IMG/VR virus record: IMGVR_UViG_3300045988_087398 | Direction: 5' to 3' (one strand) | Length of the DNA stretch: 62,946 nucleotides | Source: a virus | Shown: piece after piece, positions 52,801 through 61,343 of the stretch | Numbering within the stretch: position 1 is the first letter of the stretch | How the letters are laid out: every line of letters starts with the position of its first letter | Translations under genes and position numbers: made by a program | Notes under the pieces: model-generated | Told to the model about the DNA's origin: nothing | What the model saw: only the letters and a program-made list of their open reading frames with translations | The model's database searches: none

Positions 52801-54089
52801 AAGCCGGTAAATCGACATATCGGGGAGAGGTTGTTGGTGAAGGCGGATATGTATATTCTGAACCGGGTATGTACGGAAACGTAGCATTACTTGATATTGC
52901 ATCTATGCATCCTCATAGTGCTATCGCAGAGGTATTGTTTGGTGTTAAATTTACACAGGCATTTAGAGATATTGTTGAGGGTCGTGTAAGTATCAAACAT
53001 CAGGCTTGGGATGAGGTAAATCACATGCTTGATGGTAAACTTACGCCTTATATTCAGAAAGTCATTGATGGTGAAATGACAGCTAAGCAGCTTGCAAATG
53101 CATTGAAGACTGCAATCAACTCTGTATACGGATTAACTTCAGCAAGCTTCAGCAATGCGTTTAGAGATCCGCGTAATAAGGACAATATTGTAGCTAAACG
53201 TGGTGCTTTATTCATGATTGACTTGAAGAATGAGGTGCAGGCAAGAGGATTTACAGTTGCTCATATCAAGACGGACTCAATCAAGATTCCAGACGCAACG
53301 CCAGAAATCATACAGTTCGTTATGGATTTTGGTAAAAGATATGGTTATACATTTGAGCATGAGGCTACGTATGACAGAATGTGCCTCGTAAATGATGCAG
53401 TTTATATCGCAAAGTACAAAGACGCAGAATCATGTCAGGCTATGTATGGTTATGCGCCAGGAGATAATGCAGATCATGGTGGAGATTGGACTGCAACAGG
53501 TAAGCAGTTCGCAGTACCATATTTATTCAAGACATTATTTAGTCACGAAGACATTGAATTTAACGATATGTGTGAGACATTTGCTGTATCCAAAGGAGAT
53601 TTATATTTGGATATGAATGAGAATTTACCTGACGTGGCTAAGTATGAGATTGAATTGGAGAAGCTTGAAGAGCAGTACAAGAAAGGTAAGATCTCGGATG
53701 TTATATTTGAATCCGAATCAGCTGGTCTTCCGGATAAGATTGCAGAGGGTCATGAAATGCAGTTTGTAGGGAGAGTTGGTCAGTTCTGTCCGATTATGTC
53801 TGGAAACAATGGCGGAATTTTATACCGTGTCTGCGATGGTAAGAATTATGCTGCACCAGGATCGAGTGGATATCGATGGTTGGAATCTGAGACAGTGAAG
53901 AGATTAGGTTTGACTGATAACATTGATCGCTCATTCTATGATGCATTAGTAAACGATGCAGTAGATAGTATATCACAGTATGGAGATTTTGAGTGGTTTG
54001 TATCCGACGATCCATACATTCCAGAAAACAACGATGGACATATGGTCATACCTTATGGACCACCAAACGATCCAATACCATTTAAGTAA
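49899..54089 (+). CDS. Replicase fusion: SF3 (D5/P4-type) helicase + archaeo-eukaryotic prim-pol + family B DNA polymerase with 3'-5' exonuclease
   Basis: LYGAAGTGKST Walker A at aa ~181 and SGLIRRLI. HIVIDFDLKGDDG and AGIHLHY (AEP) at aa ~510-550. FYDIEVF (ExoI), YCDNDV (ExoIII), LLDIASMHPHS (motif A), KTAINSVYG (motif B), HIKTDSIKI (motif C). Confidence 0.8.
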   Translation: MADFYRIAYQNKQGMIEIFPKFIIGNSSDLMIRGGDFYAVWLEDKGLWSTDEQDVIRMIDRDLDKYVTDNSPRFDTNTKIKYMWDAESGSIDRWHKYCQKQQRDSFHMLDEKLIFSNSETNKKDYASKRLNYPLEPGKCPAYEKIISTIYSEEERHKIEWAIGSIVTGDSKTIQKFLVLYGAAGTGKSTILNIIQQLFEGYYSVFDAKALGSSSNSFALEAFKSNPLIAIQHDGDLSKIEDNTRLNSLVSHEMMTVNEKFKSTYASQFKCFLFMGTNKPVRITDAKSGLIRRLIDVSPSGKKVSPKEYNTLMEQVKFELGAIACHCRDVYLEDPGYYDTYLPMSMMSASNDFYNFIIDSFHVFKKEDGTTLKAAWEMYKTYCDEAKVPYPFSQRSFKEELKNYFWDFDEEIDEDGSKIRNIYHGFRTEKFETFSHRKREEKNVTNSESWLQFMNAAETTKSFDMECESCPAQYATDKETPSKSWNQVTTTLKDIDPSKLHYVKVPENHIVIDFDLKGDDGKKSFEKNLEAAAKWPPTYAELSKSEAGIHLHYIYNGDVSKLSRIYDENIEIKVFTGKSSLRRKLTKCNNLSVATISSGLPMKGEKMIDKNIVQSEKGLRTTIKKCLNKEVHAGTKSNVDFIYKILDDAYNNGLHYDVSDMKNDVLAFAANSTNQAPYCIKLASKMKFKSEEISDGKADENAPLIFYDIEVFPNLFLVNWKIQGEGNPVVRMINPSPKDIEDLIKYNLVGFNCRRYDNHLIYARLMGYTNEQLYNLSQKIISGDRNAFFGEAYNLSYTDVYDFASAGNKKSLKKLEIEMNNVANDPKSKMDDSLRQMLKNIKHQELGLPWDQPVPEDLWVKVAEYCDNDVISTEAAFLYLSADWTARQILADLAGMTVNDTTNTLTTRIIFGKDKKPQSQFNYRNLAEPVTEMTLETQEFLKEACPEMMEEPHGEAKSMLPYFPGYKYEAGKSTYRGEVVGEGGYVYSEPGMYGNVALLDIASMHPHSAIAEVLFGVKFTQAFRDIVEGRVSIKHQAWDEVNHMLDGKLTPYIQKVIDGEMTAKQLANALKTAINSVYGLTSASFSNAFRDPRNKDNIVAKRGALFMIDLKNEVQARGFTVAHIKTDSIKIPDATPEIIQFVMDFGKRYGYTFEHEATYDRMCLVNDAVYIAKYKDAESCQAMYGYAPGDNADHGGDWTATGKQFAVPYLFKTLFSHEDIEFNDMCETFAVSKGDLYLDMNENLPDVAKYEIELEKLEEQYKKGKISDVIFESESAGLPDKIAEGHEMQFVGRVGQFCPIMSGNNGGILYRVCDGKNYAAPGSSGYRWLESETVKRLGLTDNIDRSFYDALVNDAVDSISQYGDFEWFVSDDPYIPENNDGHMVIPYGPPNDPIPFK

Positions 54090-54119
54090 AATTATATTTA
54101 AGAAAAGGAGATAAAAATT

Positions 54120-54611
54120 ATGGAATTAACATTTGCACCAAGAGGTATCTTGCAGATTGATGACGCAGATATCACTTACAGAAATTTTAGAGGAGAGGGA
54201 TCGCTTTATAATAGAGAAGGCGATCGGAATTTTTCATTGATTATTCCATCAACAGAAATTGCTGATGCATTAGCAAGTAACGTCAATGAATATGGCGTTG
54301 GCTGGAACGTGAGAATTAAGCCACCAAGAGAAGAGGGTGATAACCCATTTATTACACTCAAGGTGAACGTGAAGTTCAATGAGTATGGACCTCATATTTT
54401 CTTACACACTGGTAATCACGTAACAGAGCTTGACGAGGAAAGTGTATCGTGTTTGGATATGATCGATATCGAGCGCGTAGATCTTGACATTTCTCCATCG
54501 GATAGAGTTGTTAACGGCAAGCCTTATCGAACTGCATATGTAAGAACAATGCATGTTGTTCAGAAGATTGACCGTTTTGAAGGTAGATATGGCAACAATA
54601 ACGAAGAGTAA
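54120..54611 (+). CDS. Possible ssDNA-binding (OB-fold) protein
   Basis: Lies after the polymerase. The pattern ITYRNFRGE...REGDRNFSLIIP...GWNVRIK recalls phage SSB-like proteins, but support is weak. Confidence 0.3.
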   Translation: MELTFAPRGILQIDDADITYRNFRGEGSLYNREGDRNFSLIIPSTEIADALASNVNEYGVGWNVRIKPPREEGDNPFITLKVNVKFNEYGPHIFLHTGNHVTELDEESVSCLDMIDIERVDLDISPSDRVVNGKPYRTAYVRTMHVVQKIDRFEGRYGNNNEE

Positions 54612-54618
54612 TTGCATT

Positions 54619-54656
54619 AGAGGCTTGATCGTGATCGGTTGAGCCTCTTTCTTTTT
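54619..54656 (+). terminator. Rho-independent terminator
   Basis: agaggct-...-agcctct hairpin followed by TTCTTTTT. Confidence 0.7.
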
Positions 54657-54712
54657 AGAGCTTCTTATGATATACTAACTTATATTTTAAGGAGAAAAAG
54701 GAGGATTCTCAT

Positions 54713-55087
54713 ATGAAGAAAAAAGTATTACTGTTGGTTGGATTGATGTTGTGTTTATTGCTAGTTGGATGTGGGAAAGAGAAAGAATCCATAGTTAAAC
54801 CAGTTAGCATGGTTCCGGATCCAAGCGAATATTTTGCAGGGGCAGAAATTACGTTACTTGTAAATGACGACGATGGGTTTTATTATATGATTAAAAAGTA
54901 TAATGATTCAGACTTTGATAAATATGTTGACGCTTGTATGACTGGAATATTTACTGATGTTGATTATAGTACGACTAATGACAAGGGGAAGATTTATTAT
55001 ATATATGACTCCGATAAGAAATACAGATTAGATTGTACTATGGACAATAATTTAGGAATCATAAACATAATTTGTAACAAACAATAA
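54713..55087 (+). CDS. Lipoprotein (moron-like; its own terminators on both sides)
   Basis: MKKKVLLLVGLMLCLLLVGCGKE is a signal peptide plus lipobox Cys. Confidence 0.75.
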   Translation: MKKKVLLLVGLMLCLLLVGCGKEKESIVKPVSMVPDPSEYFAGAEITLLVNDDDGFYYMIKKYNDSDFDKYVDACMTGIFTDVDYSTTNDKGKIYYIYDSDKKYRLDCTMDNNLGIINIICNKQ

Positions 55088-55101
55088 CCAACAAACCACA
55101 A

Positions 55102-55128
55102 GGACTCTCAGAAATGAGGGTCTTTTTT
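55102..55128 (+). terminator. Rho-independent terminator
   Basis: ggactctca-gaaa-tgagggtct hairpin followed by T6. Confidence 0.6.
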
Positions 55129-55151
55129 ATTTGCTCAGAAAGGAGATAAAA

Positions 55152-55418
55152 ATGGTAAAGAAATATTTTAGACGTGGCGGAACTTGGCAGTACAGCCATA
55201 ATAATGCTACGTTATCTAATTACACTACAGTCAATGTAGGGTTTTTAAGAGACGGAAACGAGGAAGATGAAACTCAGTTCGATATTGAAAAATACAATGT
55301 CGGCGAGCTGAATGAGTTATTCGATGAATTTGTTAAGGAGAATAATTTCTCCAATGTTAAGGTTTTGTATGTTGAAATTGTAAAGACGGCAAGAACAATA
55401 GAAGAATTGGAGGATTGA
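55152..55418 (+). CDS. Hypothetical protein
   Basis: AAAGGAGA RBS. Confidence 0.55.
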   Translation: MVKKYFRRGGTWQYSHNNATLSNYTTVNVGFLRDGNEEDETQFDIEKYNVGELNELFDEFVKENNFSNVKVLYVEIVKTARTIEELED

Positions 55419-55421
55419 GAT

Positions 55422-55895
55422 ATGGAAGTAAGAATTGAAGAATGGCATGGAATGAATATTCGGTTCGTAAATGTTGATGGTGAATGGTGGTGCGTCTATG
55501 ACGACATCATTAGTATAATAAAGAAATTTAACACCGGATATTGTTCGCATTTTGAAAGGGATCTTATAGATCATAAAAATTTAATACGGCGAATTGATCT
55601 GGATGGAGAGTCGGTGCTCATTGTAAATGAGTTGGGTATATATGAGATATTCTATTTATGCGATGAAATGTTGGAGACAGTAAACTTCAGGCATTGGTCT
55701 GGGGAAATAATAGCTAAGCTCCGTTCAAAGTATGGATTACAGCAATATGAAGTATTACAAATGCTGGACGATGATGTTCAGCAGGACATTAGTAGAATGA
55801 TTGATACTCTGTATTGGGACGATGAGAAAAAAATACTCATGCAGTCAGTGACAGTGCAGGGTGGAGATGTTGAACAAATACCATTTATGGAATAG
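55422..55895 (+). CDS. Bro-N/KilA-N-like DNA-binding protein (possible antirepressor)
   Basis: WHGMNIRFVNVDGEWWCVYDDIISII resembles the Bro-N core. Confidence 0.4.
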   Translation: MEVRIEEWHGMNIRFVNVDGEWWCVYDDIISIIKKFNTGYCSHFERDLIDHKNLIRRIDLDGESVLIVNELGIYEIFYLCDEMLETVNFRHWSGEIIAKLRSKYGLQQYEVLQMLDDDVQQDISRMIDTLYWDDEKKILMQSVTVQGGDVEQIPFME

Positions 55896-55915
55896 AAGAA
55901 TTGGAGGGTTAAGAT

Positions 55916-56608
55916 ATGAAAAAAGAATTGATCTCTGGTGGGTGTATACTATGTGACGGTCTTACATCGGAAGAACTGATACAATCATTGGATAGACACA
56001 TATTTCCACGAAAAAAAATTTATGATTTAAGCAAGCTTGAAGTCCATTTTGGCCGGGAATTATTTAATAGATTATGTAATGATGACATAATTAATTATGA
56101 CTCTATTAATCATTCATTTACAGTTACGGTATGTGAAATTCCTTGTCGTTTATCATACGAATGTCCATCTTATGGATATTGTGTATATTTGAAGCATGAT
56201 CACGAAGACCAGATGGACTCGACGATAGGATTGTTTCAGGATGATATTAAAAGACAGCTTAATGCAGCATTTGGAAGATCGTCTGTACCTATTGATATAT
56301 CCGGAAGAATTAAAAAAGTTATCTTCAACCCACCTGCAACTATTATATTCTGGAAAGATAGTAGTAAAACAGTAGTGAAATGCGACGGCGAAGCTTTTGA
56401 TCCTGAGAAGGGAATGGCTATGGCAATCAGCCGCAAGGTGTTAGGTGATTCCTATGGATATTATAATATATTTGAAAAGTGGTGCAAGAAGTACAAGGAG
56501 CCGGGTAAAAGATCAGGCAAATATCCATGGGGAACAACTCCACAGGAAGTAGCGGCTAAGTATATGCCACTGCCTAATGCAGAATCAGGTGATTCAGATG
56601 CCGACTAA
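55916..56608 (+). CDS. Hypothetical protein (C-terminal VIFNPPATIIFWKDSSKTVVKC...EKGMAMAI domain; KRSGKYPWG motif)
   Basis: GGAGGG RBS, 230 aa. Confidence 0.55.
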   Translation: MKKELISGGCILCDGLTSEELIQSLDRHIFPRKKIYDLSKLEVHFGRELFNRLCNDDIINYDSINHSFTVTVCEIPCRLSYECPSYGYCVYLKHDHEDQMDSTIGLFQDDIKRQLNAAFGRSSVPIDISGRIKKVIFNPPATIIFWKDSSKTVVKCDGEAFDPEKGMAMAISRKVLGDSYGYYNIFEKWCKKYKEPGKRSGKYPWGTTPQEVAAKYMPLPNAESGDSDAD

Positions 56609-57845
56609 GCCGTTTTTATATGACTACCAGATGGATGCTGTGAATCACATGTTCAATGGTTGTATTCTCAATGGTGGTGTTGGATCGGGAAAAAGTAGAA
56701 CCGGATTATATTACTATTTCAAGGAACAAGGTGGTAGTATAAATCCAGACTACAAACCGATGAAAAAGCCAAAGGATTTATATATTATCACAACTGCCAT
56801 GAAACGGGATACTTTGGAATGGGAAGGTGAGCTGGCAAATTACCTACTATCCACAGACCCAAAGAAAAACCTCTTAAATGGTAGCGTAAAAATTACCATA
56901 GATTCATGGAATAATATAAAGAAGTATGTAGATGTAAAAAATGCATTCTTCATATTTGATGAACAGAGAGTGGTTGGATCCGGAGCTTGGGTTAAGGCAT
57001 TTCTGAAAATAACAAAGTCAAATAATTGGGTTTTGTTGTCGGCAACTGCCGGAGACACCTGGTCTGATTATATTCCGGTATTCATAGCAAATGGTTTTTA
57101 TAAGAACAGATCTGAGTTCATCCAACAACATGTGATATATTCTCGATTTACAAAATACCCGCAGATTGACAGATATATCAATACTGGTCGATTAATTCGT
57201 TTAAGAAAGAAAATACTGATTGATATGGACTTCAAGCGTCAGACAATCGCTCACCATAATGATATTTATGTAACATATGATGTCACTAAGTATAAATCAG
57301 TTGTGAAAAATAGATGGGATCCATACAAAAATGAACCTATCCAACAGGCATCGGGTCTCTGTTATATTTTAAGAAGAGTCGTTAACGAAGACGAATCCAG
57401 AATAGTAGCTCTATTGGAGATTCTTGAGAAAACTCCTAGAGCTATTATTTTTTACAATTTTGATTATGAGCGAGAGATGCTATTACATGTGTTTAGCAAC
57501 CACGATGGTAATAGTAAGGACTTTGAAGTGGCCGAATGGTCTGGTCATGCTCACCAACCTATACCAAAAACAAAGCGATGGGTATATCTGGTTCAGTATA
57601 CGGCTGGATGTGAAGGTTGGAATAGTATCAAGACAGACACGATTATATTCTATTCACAGAATTACAGTTATAAGGTTGTGACACAGGCTGCTGGACGAAT
57701 CGATCGTCTGAATACGCCATTCAAAGATTTATATTATTATCATCTGAAAAGTAGAAGCGGGATTGATCTCGCCATAAGTAAAGCATTGAAGGAGAAGAAA
57801 AAATTCAATGAAACAAAATGGTGCGGTAATTCATTCGCGAAATAA
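56598..57845 (+). CDS. SF2 (DEAD/DEAH-like) helicase
   Basis: GGVGSGKSRT (motif I), FIFDEQR (II), LLSATAGD (III), QAAGRIDR (VI). Confidence 0.75.
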   Translation: MPTKPFLYDYQMDAVNHMFNGCILNGGVGSGKSRTGLYYYFKEQGGSINPDYKPMKKPKDLYIITTAMKRDTLEWEGELANYLLSTDPKKNLLNGSVKITIDSWNNIKKYVDVKNAFFIFDEQRVVGSGAWVKAFLKITKSNNWVLLSATAGDTWSDYIPVFIANGFYKNRSEFIQQHVIYSRFTKYPQIDRYINTGRLIRLRKKILIDMDFKRQTIAHHNDIYVTYDVTKYKSVVKNRWDPYKNEPIQQASGLCYILRRVVNEDESRIVALLEILEKTPRAIIFYNFDYEREMLLHVFSNHDGNSKDFEVAEWSGHAHQPIPKTKRWVYLVQYTAGCEGWNSIKTDTIIFYSQNYSYKVVTQAAGRIDRLNTPFKDLYYYHLKSRSGIDLAISKALKEKKKFNETKWCGNSFAK

Positions 57846-57861
57846 TCATGTCCTTATATGA
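57834..57861 (+). promoter_or_regulatory. TTCGCG-N14-TATTATGA element, copy 15 (overlaps the helicase stop)
   Basis: ttcgcg aaataatcatgtcc ttatatga. Confidence 0.55.
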
Positions 57862-57879
57862 GAGGAAAGGAGTGATTAT

Positions 57880-58134
57880 ATGCGAGATTATGAATATTTA
57901 ATTTCCATAGCATTGCGAGATAAACTGAAAGAATCAATTAAAGGAAGAGTATTCTGTAAGGTTGAATATGACTATTTATACATATCTATTCAGACAAGAG
58001 AATTAGATAGGTTTGAATATAAGATATACGATTTTGCGGACAAACTCATAACCGGAAGATTGATTGTAGATGAGATTGCAGCAACTGTGGTAGCTAATTA
58101 TAAGAAATATATATTGGCATATTTCACATATTAG
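57880..58134 (+). CDS. Hypothetical protein (84 aa)
   Basis: GAAAGGAGTGA RBS. Lies downstream of element copy 15. Confidence 0.55.
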   Translation: MRDYEYLISIALRDKLKESIKGRVFCKVEYDYLYISIQTRELDRFEYKIYDFADKLITGRLIVDEIAATVVANYKKYILAYFTY

Positions 58135-58140
58135 TGAATG

Positions 58141-58177
58141 AAGACTCGGTGAAAACATCGGGTCTTTTGTTTTTTTA
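58141..58177 (+). terminator. Rho-independent terminator
   Basis: aagactcggtg-aaaa-catcgggtctt hairpin followed by TTGTTTTTTT. Confidence 0.7.
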
Positions 58178-58195
58178 GGAGGTATAAATATTTAT

Positions 58196-58441
58196 ATGAC
58201 AATTGAAAGATGGCAACAGGAATTCGCAGATCGTTTACGTAACAAGATGAATGAACGTGGATGGGGCATTCGCAAAACAGCAAAGGAATCCGGTTTAAGC
58301 ATCATGACAATATCTAAGTATGTAAATGCTTTGGTAGTTCCGAGATGTACGGAATTGATGAAACTCGCTAATGCTTTCAGTGTAAATCCTTCATATTTCA
58401 TAGATTTTGGCGAGTCAGTTGAGTTTTTGATAGGGAGGTGA
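58196..58441 (+). CDS. XRE-family helix-turn-helix regulator
   Basis: GWGIRKTAKESGLSIMTISKYVNALVVPRCTELMKLANAFSVNPSYF. Confidence 0.7.
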   Translation: MTIERWQQEFADRLRNKMNERGWGIRKTAKESGLSIMTISKYVNALVVPRCTELMKLANAFSVNPSYFIDFGESVEFLIGR

Positions 58442-58447
58442 TTAACA

Positions 58448-58600
58448 ATGGAGTATGGATATAAAGAAGTTGAGTTCTGGAAATATTGTGAGAAATGTAA
58501 GCACTATGAAGTGGAAGATGTAAAGGATCCATGTAATGATTGCTTAGATGAGCCAGTGAATTTGCATTCAACAAAGCCAGTGTATTTTGAGGAGAAGTAA
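58448..58600 (+). CDS. Small zinc-ribbon protein (50 aa; below ORF-track cutoff)
   Basis: MEYGYKEVEFWKYCEKCKHYEVEDVKDPCNDC... Its first ~85 nt are duplicated at 59388. Confidence 0.5.
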   Translation: MEYGYKEVEFWKYCEKCKHYEVEDVKDPCNDCLDEPVNLHSTKPVYFEEK

Positions 58601-58602
58601 AT

Positions 58603-58809
58603 ATGGTATGTAAATGTGGTGGTAAACTGATGTCTTGTGATCAGGTACATACGCCAGGGAATAAAATAATTCGGAAACGAAAATGCAAGGAATGTGGGAA
58701 ATTTTCATATTCAGTCGAATTAATCGTTGATTACAATGAAAAGGTAAAACGAGTGTGGAATATGAATCACAGAAAAGCAAAACCAAAAGAGGAGGTAGAA
58801 AAAATATGA
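58603..58809 (+). CDS. Zinc-ribbon protein
   Basis: CKCGG...CKECG. Confidence 0.55.
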   Translation: MVCKCGGKLMSCDQVHTPGNKIIRKRKCKECGKFSYSVELIVDYNEKVKRVWNMNHRKAKPKEEVEKI

Positions 58810-59156
58810 TACATATATTGGTATTGACAAAAGATCCATGCGAAAAAGCCGTATTTGCTAAACGGGTGCAGTCGGCACTTAATACCTTATGCAGCGTGAA
58901 GCCTGGATTAACCACGAATATTTATGTGAAAGATATAAATATTCAGGTTACGAGTGTCGTTCATAAGACTGGGGATGCTATTGGAGATATTCATTTACAA
59001 CCGGATTATTATATCGATGATTCTGGTGTAAGTCTAAGTGATATTTTAAGTGATTTATGCAGAGGCGCAGAACGATTAAAAGGTGTTGTAGACGTAGTAT
59101 CAATTGTAAAAAATCGAGATCATTATGCTAAGCATGAAGCATATAACAGAATTTAA
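58806..59156 (+). CDS. Hypothetical protein
   Basis: ATGA overlap with the upstream gene. AGAGGAGG RBS. Confidence 0.55.
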   Translation: MIHILVLTKDPCEKAVFAKRVQSALNTLCSVKPGLTTNIYVKDINIQVTSVVHKTGDAIGDIHLQPDYYIDDSGVSLSDILSDLCRGAERLKGVVDVVSIVKNRDHYAKHEAYNRI

Positions 59157-59170
59157 AAGGGGTGATATTT

Positions 59171-59383
59171 ATGGCGATGACATTTGCAATCATAGTCATG
59201 TCTGTTTGGATCAGTATTGGTTATTGGCTTGCGTGCCATGAGGCTCCAGACGGAACTTATATATTGAATAGTAATTATATTTATATAGTTACATTATGGC
59301 CGGTGTATTTGATATTCGCCGGCTTTTATTGGTTGATCTGCGCTATATGTTGGAAGATTGAAGATTGGGGAGGTGATGAATGA
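59171..59383 (+). CDS. Small membrane protein (2 TM)
   Basis: MAMTFAIIVMSVWISIGYWLA...VTLWPVYLIFAGFYWLICAICW. Confidence 0.6.
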   Translation: MAMTFAIIVMSVWISIGYWLACHEAPDGTYILNSNYIYIVTLWPVYLIFAGFYWLICAICWKIEDWGGDE

Positions 59384-59640
59384 TGCAGTATGAACACAAA
59401 GAAGTTGATTTCTGGAGATATTGTGAGAAACGTAAGCACTATGGAGTGGAAGATGTAAAGGATTCATGTGCTGAAAAGAAATACACAATCGATACTAGAA
59501 AAAAGATTTATCGTGGATTTGCTAAGCGGTGCAAGAAAGTTATTGAGAAACGAATGAAAAAATCGCATTATGGTGCTTATTTGCTTGATATCGCTTCGTT
59601 ATATCCAGTTCCGCTAGTGAAAGGAGAACTAAAATTATGA
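59380..59640 (+). CDS. Hypothetical protein; its N-terminus is a Cys-depleted duplicate of 58448..58600
   Basis: MMQYEHKEVDFWRYCEKRKHYGVEDVKDSCAEK compared with MEYGYKEVEFWKYCEKCKHYEVEDVKDPCNDC. Confidence 0.55.
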   Translation: MMQYEHKEVDFWRYCEKRKHYGVEDVKDSCAEKKYTIDTRKKIYRGFAKRCKKVIEKRMKKSHYGAYLLDIASLYPVPLVKGELKL

Positions 59641-59852
59641 ATGATAATGAAATGGAAATGAATCAAAGATTGAGTGTATTTCTGAACCAACTTAACTATT
59701 TGGTGAGTAACTTCGATCGACTTCCGCTACATTTACAGTTAGAAACCTTGGGATGTTTAGTTCGACTTATGAATGTTATTACATCTCTTACAGATGAAGT
59801 AGCAGCGTTGTATACAAAAGCAGTAATTGCGTTGGGTGATTTCGAAAAGTAA
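59637..59852 (+). CDS. Hypothetical protein
   Basis: ATGA overlap with the upstream gene, 71 aa. Confidence 0.5.
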   Translation: MNDNEMEMNQRLSVFLNQLNYLVSNFDRLPLHLQLETLGCLVRLMNVITSLTDEVAALYTKAVIALGDFEK

Positions 59853-59877
59853 TTTATATTTTATGGAGGGAATAATT

Positions 59878-60771
59878 ATGGCAGAAAAATTTACAGAATT
59901 ATTTAAAATGTTTTGTGCAGATGTGAAAGATGAAGTGGCTAAGTTATGTGGCTTCGATGTGGAAGTACGTGACGTTACAAAAAATAACGGTGTGAAGAGA
60001 AAGGGATTATACTTTGGAGAGGGGAGATATTCCCCAATTATATATTTAGAGCCTTATTTTGACATTAAATTTATCAAAAATAAGGAGGCAATCAATGACA
60101 TTGCAAACCAGATATACGAGATATATAAGGAAAATAAGGCTGAGACTAAAAAATACGATGTTGAAAACGCAGTTGAACATTGGAAAGATGCAATTTACCT
60201 CGAAGTTATAAATTATGAGGCGAATAAAGAAATGCTGAAAACACGCCCTCATATTCGTTTCTTAGACTTAGCAATTGTGTTTAGATTGTTATTATATATA
60301 GACGAATCTGGTAGAGCATCGGTGCTATTTGATGATATTCCTGATAATAGCAATCTGGACGAAATGTATAACATTGCTAAAGAAAATACGCTTAAATTCT
60401 TTGGACTTTTTAGAAAAAATGTGGCAGATTTATTAGTGGACAGGAGTGAAGACATTGATATTCCGATGTGGATCGACTCTTCGATGTATGTTCTTACAAA
60501 CAAGACTTTTACTGGAGGAGCAAATTTGATTGTTATCCCTGAGGTATTAAAGGGACTTTGTGAGGAATTAGAAATCAATAGTTGCTATATAGTTCCATCT
60601 TCAACTAATGAAGTAATTATTATATATGGAAGCGATGCTGATTCTATGACCGAATCAATACGGAGCACTATTGAACATATAAATGATGATGAGGTTCCGG
60701 ATACAAAGGTATTGTCATATAACTTATATCAGTTCAGTATGAAAACTGGACTGGTATCAATTGTTAAGTAA
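59878..60771 (+). CDS. Hypothetical protein (DUF5688-like N-terminal pattern)
   Basis: ATG after TGGAGGG. ...VEVRDVTKNNGVKRKGLYFGEGRYSPIIYLEPYF... Confidence 0.5.
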   Translation: MAEKFTELFKMFCADVKDEVAKLCGFDVEVRDVTKNNGVKRKGLYFGEGRYSPIIYLEPYFDIKFIKNKEAINDIANQIYEIYKENKAETKKYDVENAVEHWKDAIYLEVINYEANKEMLKTRPHIRFLDLAIVFRLLLYIDESGRASVLFDDIPDNSNLDEMYNIAKENTLKFFGLFRKNVADLLVDRSEDIDIPMWIDSSMYVLTNKTFTGGANLIVIPEVLKGLCEELEINSCYIVPSSTNEVIIIYGSDADSMTESIRSTIEHINDDEVPDTKVLSYNLYQFSMKTGLVSIVK

Positions 60772-60781
60772 ATATATTTCA

Positions 60782-60818
60782 AAGACTCGGTACGGCAGGT
60801 ATCGGGTCTTTTCTTTCG
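60782..60818 (+). terminator. Rho-independent terminator
   Basis: aagactcggtac-ggca-ggtatcgggtctt hairpin followed by TTCTTT. Confidence 0.6.
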
Positions 60819-60833
60819 AAAGGAGATAATAAA

Positions 60834-61133
60834 ATGGCAGATAGAAATAATATCAATGAGTTTGTTAAATTATTTGAGAAGAAGTTGTATGAGAAGCTTC
60901 CATTTTCAATATTTCAACATGAGGAAGATGATGAACAGGAATATGTGATGCTTAAAGTGACTTCAACATATAAGGGCACAATGTACAGATACCGTCATAT
61001 CATGGATTATGTCGAAATTAATAATTTTTATGATATTATGCATGGTTTGGAGAATCTTGTTGATTATGTTGTGGAGCTTTTATATCGTGAATTTTTAGAC
61101 AAATTCGAAGAGATTCAGATTAAGGAGGAATAG
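60834..61133 (+). CDS. Hypothetical protein
   Basis: AAAGGAGA RBS. Confidence 0.55.
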   Translation: MADRNNINEFVKLFEKKLYEKLPFSIFQHEEDDEQEYVMLKVTSTYKGTMYRYRHIMDYVEINNFYDIMHGLENLVDYVVELLYREFLDKFEEIQIKEE

Positions 61134-61136
61134 GCT

Positions 61137-61343
61137 ATGAATTTTTATGAATTCAATAAAAAGTTAACTAAGACATTTGGCGATTTCTATATTTTAGCAA
61201 AGGATAAAAAGCCTTGCGCTGTTTGCGGAAATCTTACGAATAGAGTTGATATTCATTATGAGCAGCGGGTTTGTAGCAATCGGTGCAGAAGCATTTTGGA
61301 TACCGGATTGGCAAAGCAGGAAAGCGAAGGAGAGGTTATATGA
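61137..61343 (+). CDS. Small Cys-containing protein (CAVCGN...CSNRC)
   Basis: AAGGAGGAA RBS. Confidence 0.55.
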   Translation: MNFYEFNKKLTKTFGDFYILAKDKKPCAVCGNLTNRVDIHYEQRVCSNRCRSILDTGLAKQESEGEVI

